Shown here: positions 47,470 to 63,600 of the stretch, in pieces
Layout: each line of letters starts with the position of its first letter
Position numbering within the stretch: position 1 is the first letter of the stretch
Source: the human T2T-CHM13v2.0 reference genome, Homo sapiens
DNA length: 64,000 nt
NCBI RefSeq assembly: GCF_009914755.1
Contig: NC_060935.1
Strand: one strand, 5' to 3'
Translations under genes and position numbers: made by a program
Notes under the pieces: model-generated
The model's database searches: none
Told to the model about the DNA's origin: nothing
What the model saw: only the letters and a program-made list of their open reading frames with translations

Positions 47470-47984
47470 CAGAGTGAATATTTATTAGTTGCCTCTCCAG
47501 CATCAAGCCCCTTTTCTGATGGCCCTGATTTCTGATTAATGATTCTAGGGAGCCTGGCTCCATCCTTGTCTCTGGTGATGGTACATATGACAGTTCCAGG
47601 CTAAACCTGTCAAGCTAACCATAAGGATTACCACTGCATACGCTGATTCAGTCCAAGAGTATTATAAAACATTTGGTGTGAATGTTTGGACAAAGATGCT
47701 CTCTCTTTCTTGTTGGATATAAACAAAGCACTATATACCCTGGGAGCAGCTGTGGCTTCTTTGGATCTCTATAGAAGATCCAGGTTCAGGGAGAAACCAA
47801 GCCCATAGATACAAAGAAACCAGATTCTCAGTCATGTGGTTGAGCTCCTAAATCAAACCTCTCCCAAACATAGTGTTACCTCTGGCCTTTATAAGTATGT
47901 AAACGTATATATTCCCTTGGTTGTGTAAGCAATATTAAGCAGAATTTATTTTATTTGAAATGAAAAACATCTTATTTAGGATAC
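47470..47984 (+). mobile_element. MLT1J/K-like MaLR LTR
   Basis: 3' end attcccttggttgtgtaagc...atttgaaatgaaaaacatctt...ataca. Confidence 0.55.
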
Positions 47985-48928
47985 AGGTGAACACTCACAC
48001 TGCCCCAGTTGGTGTTCTTTGGGAGTGAAGAGAACCATTCCCAAAGCTGTCGCGAGATCAGCTCTTCTGCCTGGCTCACTGCGGTATGTCCAATACCTAA
48101 CAAAGTGTGTGGCCCACAGTAGACTCCCATTAAAGTTTTCCTAATGGAGCAAATTATTAATGTTCAGATAATTAACTTGTGTGTTAAAACAAGCATGGTG
48201 AAAAGAGGGACACTTGACTCTCAGTGACATACAAATATTATATAAGGTTAAGAAAAAAACTATTTTCCTTTTGCATTTATATGTTATTCAAATTCTACAT
48301 GGAGTCTCAGGGCCTGTGGGAAGCTCTTCATTTTATGATCACTCCCTTGAGCTGATAAAGGCACAGTTCCTCAGGAGTGAAGATCAGTCACATAGCTGTC
48401 CTTTCCCTTCAATGTCTTATGTGATGTACTGCAATTCATTTATTTACAGCAAAAATGAAGATCTACACTCTTTTAACACAATAATTTTAGCAATTCTAGT
48501 ATTATTTTTATTTCTACGTTATCTATTTTTATGTAAAACTCAAATGTATATTTAAAGTCTTCAGTCATTGGTGGTAGAATTACATATTTTTTTCGCACCT
48601 TAGATAAAATTCAGGATGTAAAATGTGATGATATTGATAATCAAAATGCTTGAAATAAAGAAAAGAGGGTTTCTATAAAGCAAGGGGAACTTTACCATTC
48701 ATTGAGAAATTATATAATGCAATTGTAACTTTTAGGTATATGGTACACTATGATGAGTTATACTCAAATTGTCAGAAACAGAAGCAGTTATGAATACGGC
48801 AGGAAAACAATAGGGTGATTTTTTCCTTCATAGCTTAGGATCTGAATGGTGTGTGCTTAGATGCTTTACATATTAATAGTAAGTGTTCATATTAGTAAAG
48901 TTTACTAAAGAGCGGTCATAAAACCAAT

Positions 48929-51699
<2,771 letters not shown>

Positions 51700-51888
51700 C
51701 CAATCAAGAAAGTAAATACCATCCAAAGGGATTAAGATTGACTATAAATTTTAAAATATGAACATTCTGAATTTTTCTTCCTGTTATTAATGCTTAATGA
51801 AGTCCTGGAAATGGGAACGGAGAAGTGGATCCAAATACATCCACATCTGCGTGTGCTTTTTGCTGGGGCTTTATCTGCATTCTCTCTC

Positions 51889-52243
51889 TGCTATGGTCTG
51901 AGTGCTTGCATCCTCCCAAAATTCATATGTTGAAACCTAATCCCCAATGTGCTGGTATTAAGAGATGGGAAACAATTAGGTTATGAGGGCTCTGCCTTCA
52001 TGAATGGGATTAGTGCCCTTATAAAAGAGGCCCAAGGAAACTTGTTTGCCCCTTCTACCATATGAGGACACAGAATGATGGCCCCATCCATGAGGCAGAG
52101 AGCTAGCACTCACCAGACACCAAATCAGCTAGCACCTTATCTTGGACTTTCCAGCCTCAAGGACTGTGAGCAATAAATTTCTGTCATTTATAAATTATCC
52201 AATCTAAGATATTTTGTTATAGTAGCCCAAAAGGACTAAGACA
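51889..52243 (+). mobile_element. MLT1A0-like solo LTR
   Basis: tgctatggtctga...tataaaagagg...caataaatttctg...ggactaagaca. Confidence 0.85.
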
Positions 52244-54048
52244 TCCCCCTTAATGACTGGAGTCAGAATCACATCAAAAAATAAGGCTGAGTTGGAGCCA
52301 GCAACATTTATTCACAAGAGAAAGACAGGAATTGGACTGGCTGCAGAGAGGCCCACAGAGTCAGAGACCATCCACCTCAGCTACAGCACAGGGCTCAGCA
52401 CTGTATTTCTGGTGTTAGTGCTATTCTCAATTCTGTCCCTAGTTCCTGCTACTGAGGAACTCCATACACAGCAGGACAGTCTTCTGCTGTGCCATGAATT
52501 CAAACACAATCTGTAAAGACAGTGAAGGAAGCTACGTCTGTGCTTAGGTGCTTTAGAGAATTATCGGCTTGCAGTAATAAGAGAAATGTCTGGGCTGGGT
52601 AGTCCTCAAAGACTCCCATGTGGTTCAAGATAACAAAATATAAAGGCTGAGCATCTCGTGCTCCCAACCTAGTTCTAGAGCGTCTATGGAGGGATAGTGA
52701 GTGGGGCTCTCTATGGCAGTGATTGCCTCTAATGAAGGAACCAAAAGCCAGGCAGGGATTAGGGTGGGCTTCTGGTTTTAGAAAACATGATGGTAGAGCT
52801 CTTCATAGGAAGTTTGTAAGATCAAGGTAGGATCCTGCTTGGAGGATCGTAGCCTGGCAGTCTGGATCAGCCTGGTGGTGGAGGTGAAGGGTGTGGAAGC
52901 TGGACTCACTTTGGCACACAAAGTTCAGGAATGAGTTGACAACCAAGGCCCCGTGGCTATGGAAGATCGTATCACATGACCCCAAAGCATGGCAGGGCAG
53001 CCAGGGGAGCAGTTCTACCTCTCTACCTTGGGCCTGCAGGATGACATCAACATTGATAACATTGAAGGCATGATGTTGTCAATATTTATTATAAGCACAC
53101 TTATAATCTTAAATTTGCACTTTATCCTAGCCTCCGTGGTGCCTATTGTATTTATGGGTGAGTAGTTGGAGGTGACAGAATATAATCTTTCAGTTGCATT
53201 TAAAGTTTTATGTTTCTTAAAGTTACAGAAAGTTCGTTCCCAGGACTGGGGCTAATGGCTCTTCTCCTGCTCCTTACAGATAATGTGGCACTTCCATTGC
53301 CTAGTATGGAACCAATATATCACATGAATGTGCACTTACCTAGAACTAGTCTTATATCAGGAATGAGGATCCAGGGATCCTTGCAAAGAAAGAAATAATA
53401 ATTCAGAGAAACCCTACACTCTCAGGATAAGAAGGGGGAAAATCAAGGTTCCTGCCATCAACCAAATGGTTTGAGTCCAGGCAGAATCTAAACCATCACT
53501 CACAGTGCGCCATCTGCTCCAGCACCAGCCCTCCTGATTCTTTTGCAGGTCAGCAGGCATGAAAGAGTTAATAGCAAAGGCCATGAGAAACTTGCTCGCT
53601 GTTATAGAGAAATCACTTTTAGTTCCAGTTGCTGCTGCCAGAGGAGATGCTTGATAGCAAGATAGGAAATAATAAGGAAGAAAAGGACTTTTGAATCACA
53701 TGAGAGTCTTCGAGGACTACTCAGCCCAGATGTTCCTCTTATTGCTTCAAGCCAATAATTCTCTAAAGCCCCCATGCACAGATGTAGCTTCCTTCACTGT
53801 CTTTACAGATTGTGTTTGAATTCATGGCAGACCAGGAGACTGTCCTGCTGAGTATGGACTTCCTCAGTAGCAGGAACTAGGGACAGAATTAAGAATAATA
53901 TAACATATATGAAATAACTGTATTCCATAACTGGAAATACAGTGCTGAGCCCTGTGCTATAGCTGAGGTGGATAGTCTCTGCACTTTAAAAGAGAGTCTT
54001 TGAGCAACTGCAGACAAAGACTGATATAACTTCTTGATTAGAAAATCA

Positions 54049-54351
<303 letters not shown>

Positions 54352-54973
54352 AAAATCAGCTGAAAAGACCAGAAGAGAACTCCATGAGACAGGGAATAAT
54401 GGTGAGCCAGGACTATTATAGGAGAAACAGATCTGGGCCAGATTCAGGACTTCACCCATTCCAATTTTAGAGAGGAGGGCTTGGAATTTAAGGACTGAGC
54501 CCTTCCACCATCACTATCCACTCCATGCTAAGAGAACATTAGGTGGCCTCTGTTTTTAAGGCTCTGTGCTGCTGAGCAGGACATGCTTGCTATTGAGGTG
54601 GGTAGGGTAGTAGGTTACCTATAAGGTTCCTTCCAGGCAGTAAAGAAACTGAAGAAAGAGCAGGTTAGGAAAAGGGAGAGAAGTGTTGGTGCAGCAGCCA
54701 GCCACAGGGAAAGGAATTTGGTGGCCTTGGAGGGAGGGAAAGTGGGGACAGTATCTTCAGTAGGATTAACATGGATTTGCATTTGAATTGTAAAATGAGA
54801 AGTTGCTTAGTCGGATCTCAGACTGAGGGTCCATGGTGCTCCTATATGTTTCTAGATTATTTGTAATATGCTGTTTATATGCATGTATATGTACAAATGT
54901 AAGAGCTCTTAGCAAACTTAAGCATACACACAAAGACTTAAATTACTTGTTTAATACAGTGGTGTCCAGTTGG

Positions 54974-55006
54974 TTTTTTTGTTTGTTTGTTTGTTTGTTT
55001 GTTTTT
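54974..55006. repeat. (TTTG)n tract
   Basis: Read directly. Confidence 0.9.
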
Positions 55007-55199
55007 GGCCAAATTCTTTGATGAAGTCAAATCTAATTTGAAAGTTGAAGGTCTAAAACAGATAAATGCAAGAGCTACTGTGATCGAAGCAGACAAATTG
55101 AGGAGAGCAAAATCATTTAATCAAAGAGGAAGACGTGACCCAGCTCAACTTCCTGGTGGACGACCTCAGCTGTGCTGTTGTTACTAGTGTCTAACAGGA

Positions 55200-55420
55200 A
55201 GAGGAACCTAATTACAGCTCAGCCACTTTGAGCTGCTGAGCTTGAGCAAATTATCTCATCTCTCTGAGGATTCATTTCCTCTTCTGTAAAATGGGGATAT
55301 CAGTAGCTAGTTTTAGATAACTGTGTGAGGATGATTAAATGATACAACATACATGAAAGCACCTAGCATAATATCTGGTGAAAGCAGTGAAAGACGCTGG
55401 ACAAGTGTTTGTTTCCTTTC
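55200..55420 (+). mobile_element. MIR SINE
   Basis: cttgagcaaattatctcatctctctgag...tttcctcttctgtaaaatggggat. Confidence 0.78.
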
Positions 55421-55611
55421 TGCAGCCAATTAAGATTCTGGGAAACTGTAACTCTACCCAGGCTTTCCAGTAGCTTATTTTTTATTGTTCTATTGTAGTG
55501 CTTAAATAAGGATAACTTTTCCAGAGATAGCCCAAGTTTCTCATTTCTCTGGCTCTTGGAATTTCCAGTGCTTCACAAAGACTTTAGTGTTAAGAATGTA
55601 AGGTGTAGCAC

Positions 55612-55876
55612 AGTATTTCAATAAGTCCCCAGTTCTACATGGAAGGGAGCAGTGTGCCACAAATGTTCTTGGCATTGATTCACATTTAGATATACATTTC
55701 AGTCATGACATGGACATAGATATAAAACTGAAACAAAAGTTTCACGAAATTAATAAACATAACGTGATGCACTTTTTAATTTTTTTTCATTAAAAATAGA
55801 CTACTGGTCACAATCATTAAATTAATTTCACAAACCCATAATGGGCCACTGCCCATTATGGATTCAATAAACACTG
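55612..55876. mobile_element. hAT-Charlie MITE (MER119-like)
   Basis: cagtatttc...aaacactg termini, with aactgaaacaaaagtttcacgaaa internally. Confidence 0.5.
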
Positions 55877-58119
55877 TGTGATATGCACTTTGAAAACGAC
55901 CACTGTATTTGGATCCAGTGTGGGAGTGATAAGAAGGAATATGGACTCATCACCAACTGCCCATATTTTTAGGACCCTCTAGAGTGATTTTTTTTTTTTC
56001 TGAAAAGCCAGAATTCTAAGATTGTCATCACATATTTTCACCGGAAATTAATGTCATTCCTTGGTTTTAGCTTCTCTGCATAGAACACTACATGCCTGAG
56101 TTTGTGTTGCCACATTTGCATGGGCACAAATAAGTTATTTTTACCACAAATATTTAACCTTCCAGTTTGAAGCTGTGCTGTGCTTAGCCTAAACAGCATA
56201 GAGAGACCAACTGTGTTTATAATTAAAGAAAAATGCTGTGCAAAGCCACAGAAGGAAGGAAGAGGCAATTCTTGTTGGAGGTATGTGTCACTGCTTTCAA
56301 GGGGTTCCCTGAGGTGCTTGACTCCACACGGACTCTTTCATTCCTGCTAGGTTGCGAATACTACACCAAGTGCTGTGGACAGAGAGATGTAGATGAAGCA
56401 CCGGCCTGTAAAGAGTCTGGTGGGGGAGTCTGACAGGAAATTGTTCCAGTGTAATAGTGTCAATCATATAATTGGTGGTTTCAAATTTTGTATAGATGGG
56501 AGAGTTGTCAGCCTTCCACAGGGGAGAGGGTGGTGACCAGAGACACATGCTGACCCCACTTGAGCAGGCTCTTGGAAATACGGAAATCCTTCCCAATAGG
56601 AAAGGAAAGGTTGAAGATACAAGAGAGGGAGGGGATAACTGCTGTGCGGGCTTTGACCTGGAGATACGTGGCCCAGCTCTTCTCACAGAGCACACAGGAT
56701 GCTCTGCCCTCCTATAACAGGCACATCAGGGCCCCATCTCATCTTTGTGGCATATGGAAGCAAATGTTACTCCATGGGCAGGATTCAGAGGCAGCCATGT
56801 GCTGCTCTTAGTACAAGGGCAGAGGACCCAGCATTAATGCAGTGCTTTCTATCACCTTTCCCAACTACCAGAACTTTGGCCCACCCATCTGCCTCCTCTC
56901 TCCCAGGTCTCTTGGTGCCCAGGTTTTCTCTGCATACTTGCTGCACTCTCTGGTGTCCTGGAAGCAGCTCTGCCCTCTTCCAACCTGGCTCAGCCTTGAA
57001 AGGGCCCCTTTTTTCACATTGGTGCAGGTAGGTCTTTTGCCACCATCCAAGCCTTGTTCCTATTCTTCTATCAACTTCCATCAGCTTGTATGGAACAACA
57101 CATCCCCTCCCCAGTGCTCTGCTGTGCACATTGAAACTGCCCTTCTCAGATCAGAGCCCCGCCCCTGTCATCCCATGCACCTCCTACATCCCGCCCCTGA
57201 CTCTTGGATGTCGCACTTCTGTTCAGACTTCATCTCTGATTTCAGCATTAGATACAGAAGCTTTTTCCTGCTAAGTCCTCTCCTCCCAGATCTAATTCAC
57301 AGCCAGCAAATCCAGCTGTGGGCAGTCTTTGAGCATTTACTCTAAAGCTCTAAAGGACCCAAAGGTGATGCAAGAGCCACCTCCCTCCACTCAGAAAGGA
57401 AACACTCACTGTGTCCATTTGGCTTCAATCAGACAAACCCAAGACATTCAGAGGGATGAACCGACCTGAAAAATATCCCTAAAAACCTACTTTAACAGAA
57501 AGCACAAAGTTTCAGGAAAGAATGGAAGAAATTATAGAAACTGGAATTATACAAACTAGTAGGGGCATGGAGGCATGCACACAGCTTAGAAGAGAAGGAA
57601 GTCACTCTATCTGCTTCAGTGTCATGATGGTGTGAGACCTTGACCAAGAATGTAAATTTAAACCTTCTGGGAAACTTTGCTGTGCTCCAGCAGACAAAGA
57701 AAAGGAGGCTGAGGAAAGTGTCAGAGCCAAGGTGGACTGATAGGAGGGAGGAGCGTGTCTAATCTCAAGCAGCCTGCTCTGGTGCAAGGACACAGCCAGG
57801 AACACTGGAACTCAGGAACACTGGGGCACACCTGCCAAGGCTGCCAGAGAAGCATTTCATGGGAGTGGACCCCAAGGCCAAGTCACAGGAATTGCAGTCA
57901 AGCAACATCAAGTCAAAAGACAGGCTGCAAGGTAGGAGGTGAAGACATGAGCAGAAGGCTGGAGAGATTGAGCAGAGACTTCAAAGCTGGAAATCAGACT
58001 TTAGCAAATGAGAGGTCAGGACAAGGAAGCAGGGGTATGTTACAGAGCAGACAAGAGGCAGAGCCCACCCTGGAACATGTTATTCACGGTGCCTACCATC
58101 TCAGCCTCCCCTGCATGCA

Positions 58120-58494
58120 TGTACAACTTCACCCCTAATATCTGTTGAACAAGCAGCCCTAACCACCGAGGTTTGTAAAATGTCCTGGCCACAGGTGATT
58201 GGATCAAGATGGGGACATGCTCCCAGAAAGCTGTTTATGGGCTGTCCAGTGACTTATGACATGGCCTGGCACCCCAAGGTGGGTTGGGTCAATTAGATTA
58301 TGCCACCAAACTTAGAAATGTCAGGGAAATGAGGCAATCATAGTTCCTTCTCTTGGGCTTCTCTAAGAATCCATTTCTATTATTGTTCCATAAGTACTTT
58401 ATTATAGAACACCATAAGCACTCCCATCTAGACTCTCACTGAACTGCCTTGATTCAGCCTCTGTTCCCGTACAACCTGAAGACTCACCAGAACA
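58120..58494 (+). mobile_element. Old ERVL-type LTR (LTR67B-like)
   Basis: cctggccacaggtgattggatcaag and terminal ctctgttcccgtacaacc...aaca. Confidence 0.4.
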
Positions 58495-58599
58495 CGTATG
58501 GACTTGCAGCTGTCCAGAAGCACAGTGATGAATGGTGTGTTTGGCCACTCCATTTGTTTTCACATAGTTTCCCACAGTTTAGAAGTGCTGAAGATGAGA

Positions 58600-59390
58600 C
58601 CTTAAAAGAGTTGGAACCCCCCTGAGTAGAAAAGAAGCTGGAATTAGCAAAATAACACAAATAGGCATGAGATTCATCCTACTGGGAGGAAGTCACCCTT
58701 ACAAGAAGAGAGGCACAAATGAGGAGGACCCCCGCTCACTTAAGTGTAAAAAAAATGCTGTGTTTAGAAGCTCAGTAAGATCACAGTTAGTGACTTTTCC
58801 CAGAGGGGGTATAAAAAGTTTCATGGAGACCCAAAAGGTCTGATGGCAAGATACCTTCCCAATGTTGAGTAAGGCGCCATAGTCTGCCAAAACTCTTCAA
58901 AGCCACTGCTTCTCATGGACATAAACGTTCCACCAGAAGTGAACATGGTGGTATTTTTTGAGTGGAACAATGAAAGATGTGAGAATACAGGTGGTATTTT
59001 CATTGCTTCTTCCTACTGCCCTTTGGAACTCTGGAAGACTGAAGAATATCTAAAGATGATCAGTAGTGGACTTACAAGAATAGGTTGATATTTAGAATGA
59101 GGTTCTGAAACACAGCTTAAGATACCAGAATAAATCATTCTAGCCATGAGTGCAGAGAATCTTACAAAGACATGGGGGACTATGTTGCTTAGCGACTGAT
59201 CAGCTGATCTCATCAAGAGGATTTAAAAACTGATACCAGGAGGAAGAGTAAGACAACACAATAAAATAGACAACCCACAAGACCAGTTGCTATGAATGAC
59301 ATCCAGTGGGATGTGGAAAAAAAGGGTTCCAGGACAGGAGGTTTCCAGTGATTCACAGGAGATAAGATTGAATCCTAGATGTAAGTGATG
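58600..59390 (+). mobile_element. Ancient RTE-clade LINE remnant (L4/RTE-X-like)
   Basis: Ordered degenerate post-RT motifs: KLFKAT (58890), SE(T)W (58938), NEVLK (59096), NDIQWDVEK (59295). Confidence 0.45.
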
Positions 59391-59789
59391 GCCATGGCCT
59401 TGGGTGTCCTAATGCATCCTGCAGAGAGAACAAACAGAATAACCCAGGACAATGATCACAGCCTTGTAGATATAACTGGCACCCAAACATGTCAACAGAC
59501 CACTTAGAAGCAGACAGATTAATGTGCTATACATGCCTGAAGAGCTGTGTACCTAACGTTGAAAGCTCATTGATACACATATTGTGGGCATTAGCAGAAA
59601 TGAGCCTGCCAGGGAAATATGACAGGTGGAGAGGTGAGACTCCTAAAACAAATCAAAGCACTAGTACAGAGATAAAAATCCAGTGGTGAGGGAGAAACCC
59701 ACTGAGGAGATGTTTCCTGGAAGTCTTCTTTGGTTAAAGACAAAGTGAAAACTTCTCCAGTTGCTTTGCTACAAGTATTAGAATACTTT

Positions 59790-60240
59790 TGATGTAATGA
59801 ACAGAAATCCTGACACAAACTAGATTGAACAAAGAAACTGTAGCATCTGGACAAAGGGTCTAGAGATAGGATTGTAGATTCCATGGTTAAGGATGGGGGG
59901 TTCCGGGATTGTAGATTCTGTGGTTAATGATGGTATCAGGAACACCAGTTCTTCCCAGGCTATTGGGCCATCCTTCCTTCCTTTCTGTTCATCTTCAGGT
60001 TGGTCGCAAGATGGATGCAGGTCTAGGCATTGCATCCAGACATGAAAGTAGCCACAGGAAAACGCACTTCTTGTAGCTCTCTGTTAAGAGCAAGGAAAAA
60101 ATTATTCAAGTGCCCAGCAAACTGGCTCCTTACACATCATGGCCAGAAGTATGCCAATTTTTGAAGCAGTCACTGGCAAAAGGAATGGGACTGTGTGGGC
60201 CAAACAGGTTCAGCCCTGGAGATGGATCCCTTCTTCTGGG
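59790..60240 (-). mobile_element. MLT1K/L-like MaLR LTR
   Basis: ggtcgcaagatgg, catggccagaa, cagtcactggcaaaaggaatggga motifs. Confidence 0.55.
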
Positions 60241-61194
60241 ACACCAAGAAAAACACCATCCCCTTCTCCCCTGGCAATACCCAGCCAACCTTCCAGCTAT
60301 GACTCTCCCCCACAGGCACCCTGTTTCTTCTCATGACAACTCTGCACTCCATTATCCACCTCCTGGGAGCAAACCATTTTGTAGCCTATTCCAAAAAGCT
60401 CAAGCCAGCACAGACACCACAGGGCAGCAAACGAAATCTGAATCTCAAAGCTTGCCAGACCAGCAGCGCCCACTGAGAAACTCTCCAGATAAGAGATGAT
60501 CCCAGGAACCCCACCGCCTCCTGCCATGTCTCTGCACATGCCATCAACGCTCTGCTCTCAGTGAAAATGGCTAAGGGGAGGAGCTTTTCCTCTACAGACC
60601 CAACGCTGCCATTTCCCACCCCTGTGGTGGGACTCGAAGAGGGGCTGGAGAACACGTCTCGACACACATACAGCTGTGGCCTGCTTTTGGCTCTCTCCTC
60701 CCACTCTTCTGCAGCGCAAACCAGGGTGGAGGATGGTGTCAGACCCGTCTTTCGGAACACTTGTCATTTCAAGAACCAGAGAGGCAAAGCCCTTCAGGCA
60801 TGTTTGGAGTCCCAGAGAGCTCAGCACAGGACTCGTGCTGCCAACACTGTGACTCTAGACTATCTTGCTGGGAATCGGGATTTCAGCTCCTCTTTCCACA
60901 CACCTTCACCCCCAGCACTGGGCACCCACTTCTGCAGCTCCCCACTCAAATTGGTCCCCCTCCTTTATGACACTGGGCTTCTCTGGATTCCTGTCAGCCG
61001 TTTTCTCCAGTCCTGGGGCTCTCAATATCTCCAAATACTCACATGGGTAATGGGTTCCTTGACCCAATGACAAGCATCTGTCTCTCAAAGAGCAGTAGGC
61101 CTTTCCTAGGTCCTCTGCCATCAGCTCTGCTGCCCTTTGCTGCCCTCCCCTGGCCATTGACATCACTGCAGGTAACTCTTCAGGACTCTGATGG

Positions 61195-61870
61195 GTTCAT
61201 TGATACATCCATTCAAAAAAAAAGTATTTAGGGGCCCTGTGTACCACGCGATGTCCAGACACTGAGGATTCAGTGATAAAAACACATGGCGCCTGCCTTC
61301 CAGGAGTACACAGTCTAGTGAGGAAAATGAGAGAGAGGGAGAAAAGCAGAGAGAGAGAGAGATAATGAATGAATGAGAATGAGAATGAAAGAAGGAATGA
61401 GAATGAGAGAGAGGACTTTTTGAATGGGAATGAGTGGATTCTGGTGTGCCCTTGTGGAAGTCTAGATTTGCTCATTGTTCTGCAGACCCGACTGCCTAAC
61501 ACGTTCACCTGAAAAGGAATCCCCTGGCCTCCCCTTTGGAAGTGGAGTTGGAGAATTTATTTTAAACCGAATATTTCTGAGCAAGTGCAAAGCACCCTAC
61601 CTGGCACTGAGGTATAATGGGGAAATGCTGGTCCCATCCCCCACAGAATTTACAATCTGGCTGAGGAAATAGACATAAGAAAATAATTAGATTGTTTAAT
61701 AACAGTTATGGTGTTACCTGGTACTGTATTCTGTCTTAGTCATACCTAGCAAGAGCTCCACACAGCAAGGATAGGGCATGGGGTCCATGTTTTAGGGGGT
61801 AGAAGGAGTGAACCACAGAGAGCACAGCCCGTGCACATGGTAGGCACCTCAGGAAGTGCTGAATGCATGA
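61195..61870. mobile_element. Cluster of L2 3'-end fragments (both strands) with a GA/GAATGA simple repeat at 61328-61415
   Basis: Antisense L2 tails at ~61200 and ~61560. Sense tail gcacatggtaggcacctcagg...tgaatgcatgaa at ~61830-61870. Confidence 0.55.
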
Positions 61871-63349
61871 AAGAGGCTGCGGAGCAGACAAGGCTCCTGG
61901 GAGCCAAGGCCAGTGTCTCCAGCCAGCTCAGCTGAAATCAGCAGCTCATGTGCTCCGTTCTTCACCTTCAGCATGCCCACTTCATCCTGAAACTCTCTTC
62001 TACCCACCACCTCATCTCCAGATGCAGATCCTAATGTCCCAGACAGGACTGTTGGCAGGTTCCAAGTCAAGTGAAGGATAATTCAAGAGCCACAGTCCAA
62101 TAGTGCAGGAGCCATATCTGCTCTATTTGCCATTGTATACCCAATCCTTCACATAGTACCTGGCACATAGGAGGTACTCCATAATTCTGTGACGGTTGTT
62201 GAATGAATGCATGGATTTTGCATAACTATTCAGGCAAGAGCTTAGCTTCTGTAGAGAATTTGGTCATGATTGGATTCATTTGATCAGTGGAAGCAGCCAT
62301 TCCAGTTTACTATAGAAGTAACATTCCAGTTACTATAGAAGTAGATTTAGAACCTAATTTGGCCTATTGGCTACAAAAAGGGTACAGACTCTGAGTTGTA
62401 GTGAGACTGCCAGTCTACCTGCAGGTCGATGAGGGCTCCTCCATCCTCCCTGGGCTGAGATTTAATAGTGCCTCTTTTTGCTCAGCCTGCTCTCTAATCC
62501 TCAGGGTGAGAGATCAGTATGAACTGACAGGTCTGAGAAATCTTCCTAGGGGAGGAAGAAGGGTTTCCAGCTGCAAGGAGAGAGCAGCGTGCAGTGACAG
62601 TGAGGCACCAGGATGTAGAACAATGCTGCCAGAACATATTCCCTGAGGTTTGGGAATGAACTTCTTCAAGGGCTGTGCTCCCTTTTTGATGGGTCCTAGT
62701 GGGCCTCTGTGCTGGTCGTGACCGACTTTTCTTCAATGATCCAGTGGAGGCTGCAATGTATTTTGCTTAAAACTACAGCTGGTTTATAATTTTGGCCTCA
62801 GACAGTAATTACAGCTGCTGGGGCTCCTTGGAGAGATAATTACGGAAAGAATTCAGCATATTCATTTTATCTACACACTTAACCATCAATTAAATCATTA
62901 CCATCTAATCCTATTCCAGAGTCTAGAAATGTTCTGTGAATATATAATTTTGAAGGCACTGAAGTTTGTTTTCAGATGGTTTTAAGTGAAAAATTGCCCA
63001 ATTTCCATAGCCAATGGAGGCTTTCTCTATGAAAGCAGAGCCGAGAGTATCTCCTGGCTTGTGGTTGCTGCCTCCCTGGGGGCCTGCACCACATAAAGGG
63101 CCAAGCAGGAATGGATTGATAGGCGGGAGCTGGGACTTTGCCTTTGATCTCCCATGGAGTTTGTGATTTTCCAAAGCAGGATTAGCACTGGGACTTAGAG
63201 GTCAGTGGCTGGAGACAGACAAGAGGGTGGCTTGTTTTGCCAAGGAGCTTCCAGGAGAGTCTTCCCCTGCTGGGATTCTGCTAGGGCCCTGGGCTGTCAT
63301 CCACTTATCAAAGTCAGGATGGGGTCTTTTCACTTTGGGAACCCAGGAG

Positions 63350-63600
63350 AGAGTGTGGTATTTAAAAGCATGAGTGCTGGAGCTGGCTTCACTTTCTGGC
63401 TTTGCCATTTTTGAGTTGTGTGTCCTTGAGCAAGTTTCTAAATTCCTCTAAACCTCAGGTTATTCCACTCTTTAGCAACACAACAATAGATCCTACCTCA
63501 CAGAGCTGTGTGAGACTTAAATGAAAAAATGAATGTAACATGTTTAACACAGCATCTGGAACTTAATGGATGCTAGGTAAACTTTGATAATTGATATTAT
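63350..63600 (+). mobile_element. MIR SINE
   Basis: tgtgtgtccttgagcaagtttctaaattcctctaaacctcag...cctacctcacagagctgtgtgagacttaaatga. Confidence 0.8.

Noticed and set aside
56842-57345. 167-aa ORF
   Set aside because: No recognisable homology, low-information Leu/Ser/Pro composition and no supporting exon structure.
58699-59884. Minus-strand hydrophobic ORFs as an olfactory or vomeronasal receptor pseudogene
   Set aside because: No GPCR motifs (e.g. MAYDRYVAIC, PMLNPFIY). The plus strand fits an RTE remnant better.
60561-61070. 169-aa ORF
   Set aside because: No recognisable domain, non-ATG first codon, and overlapping ORFs in several frames typical of GC-richer noncoding DNA.
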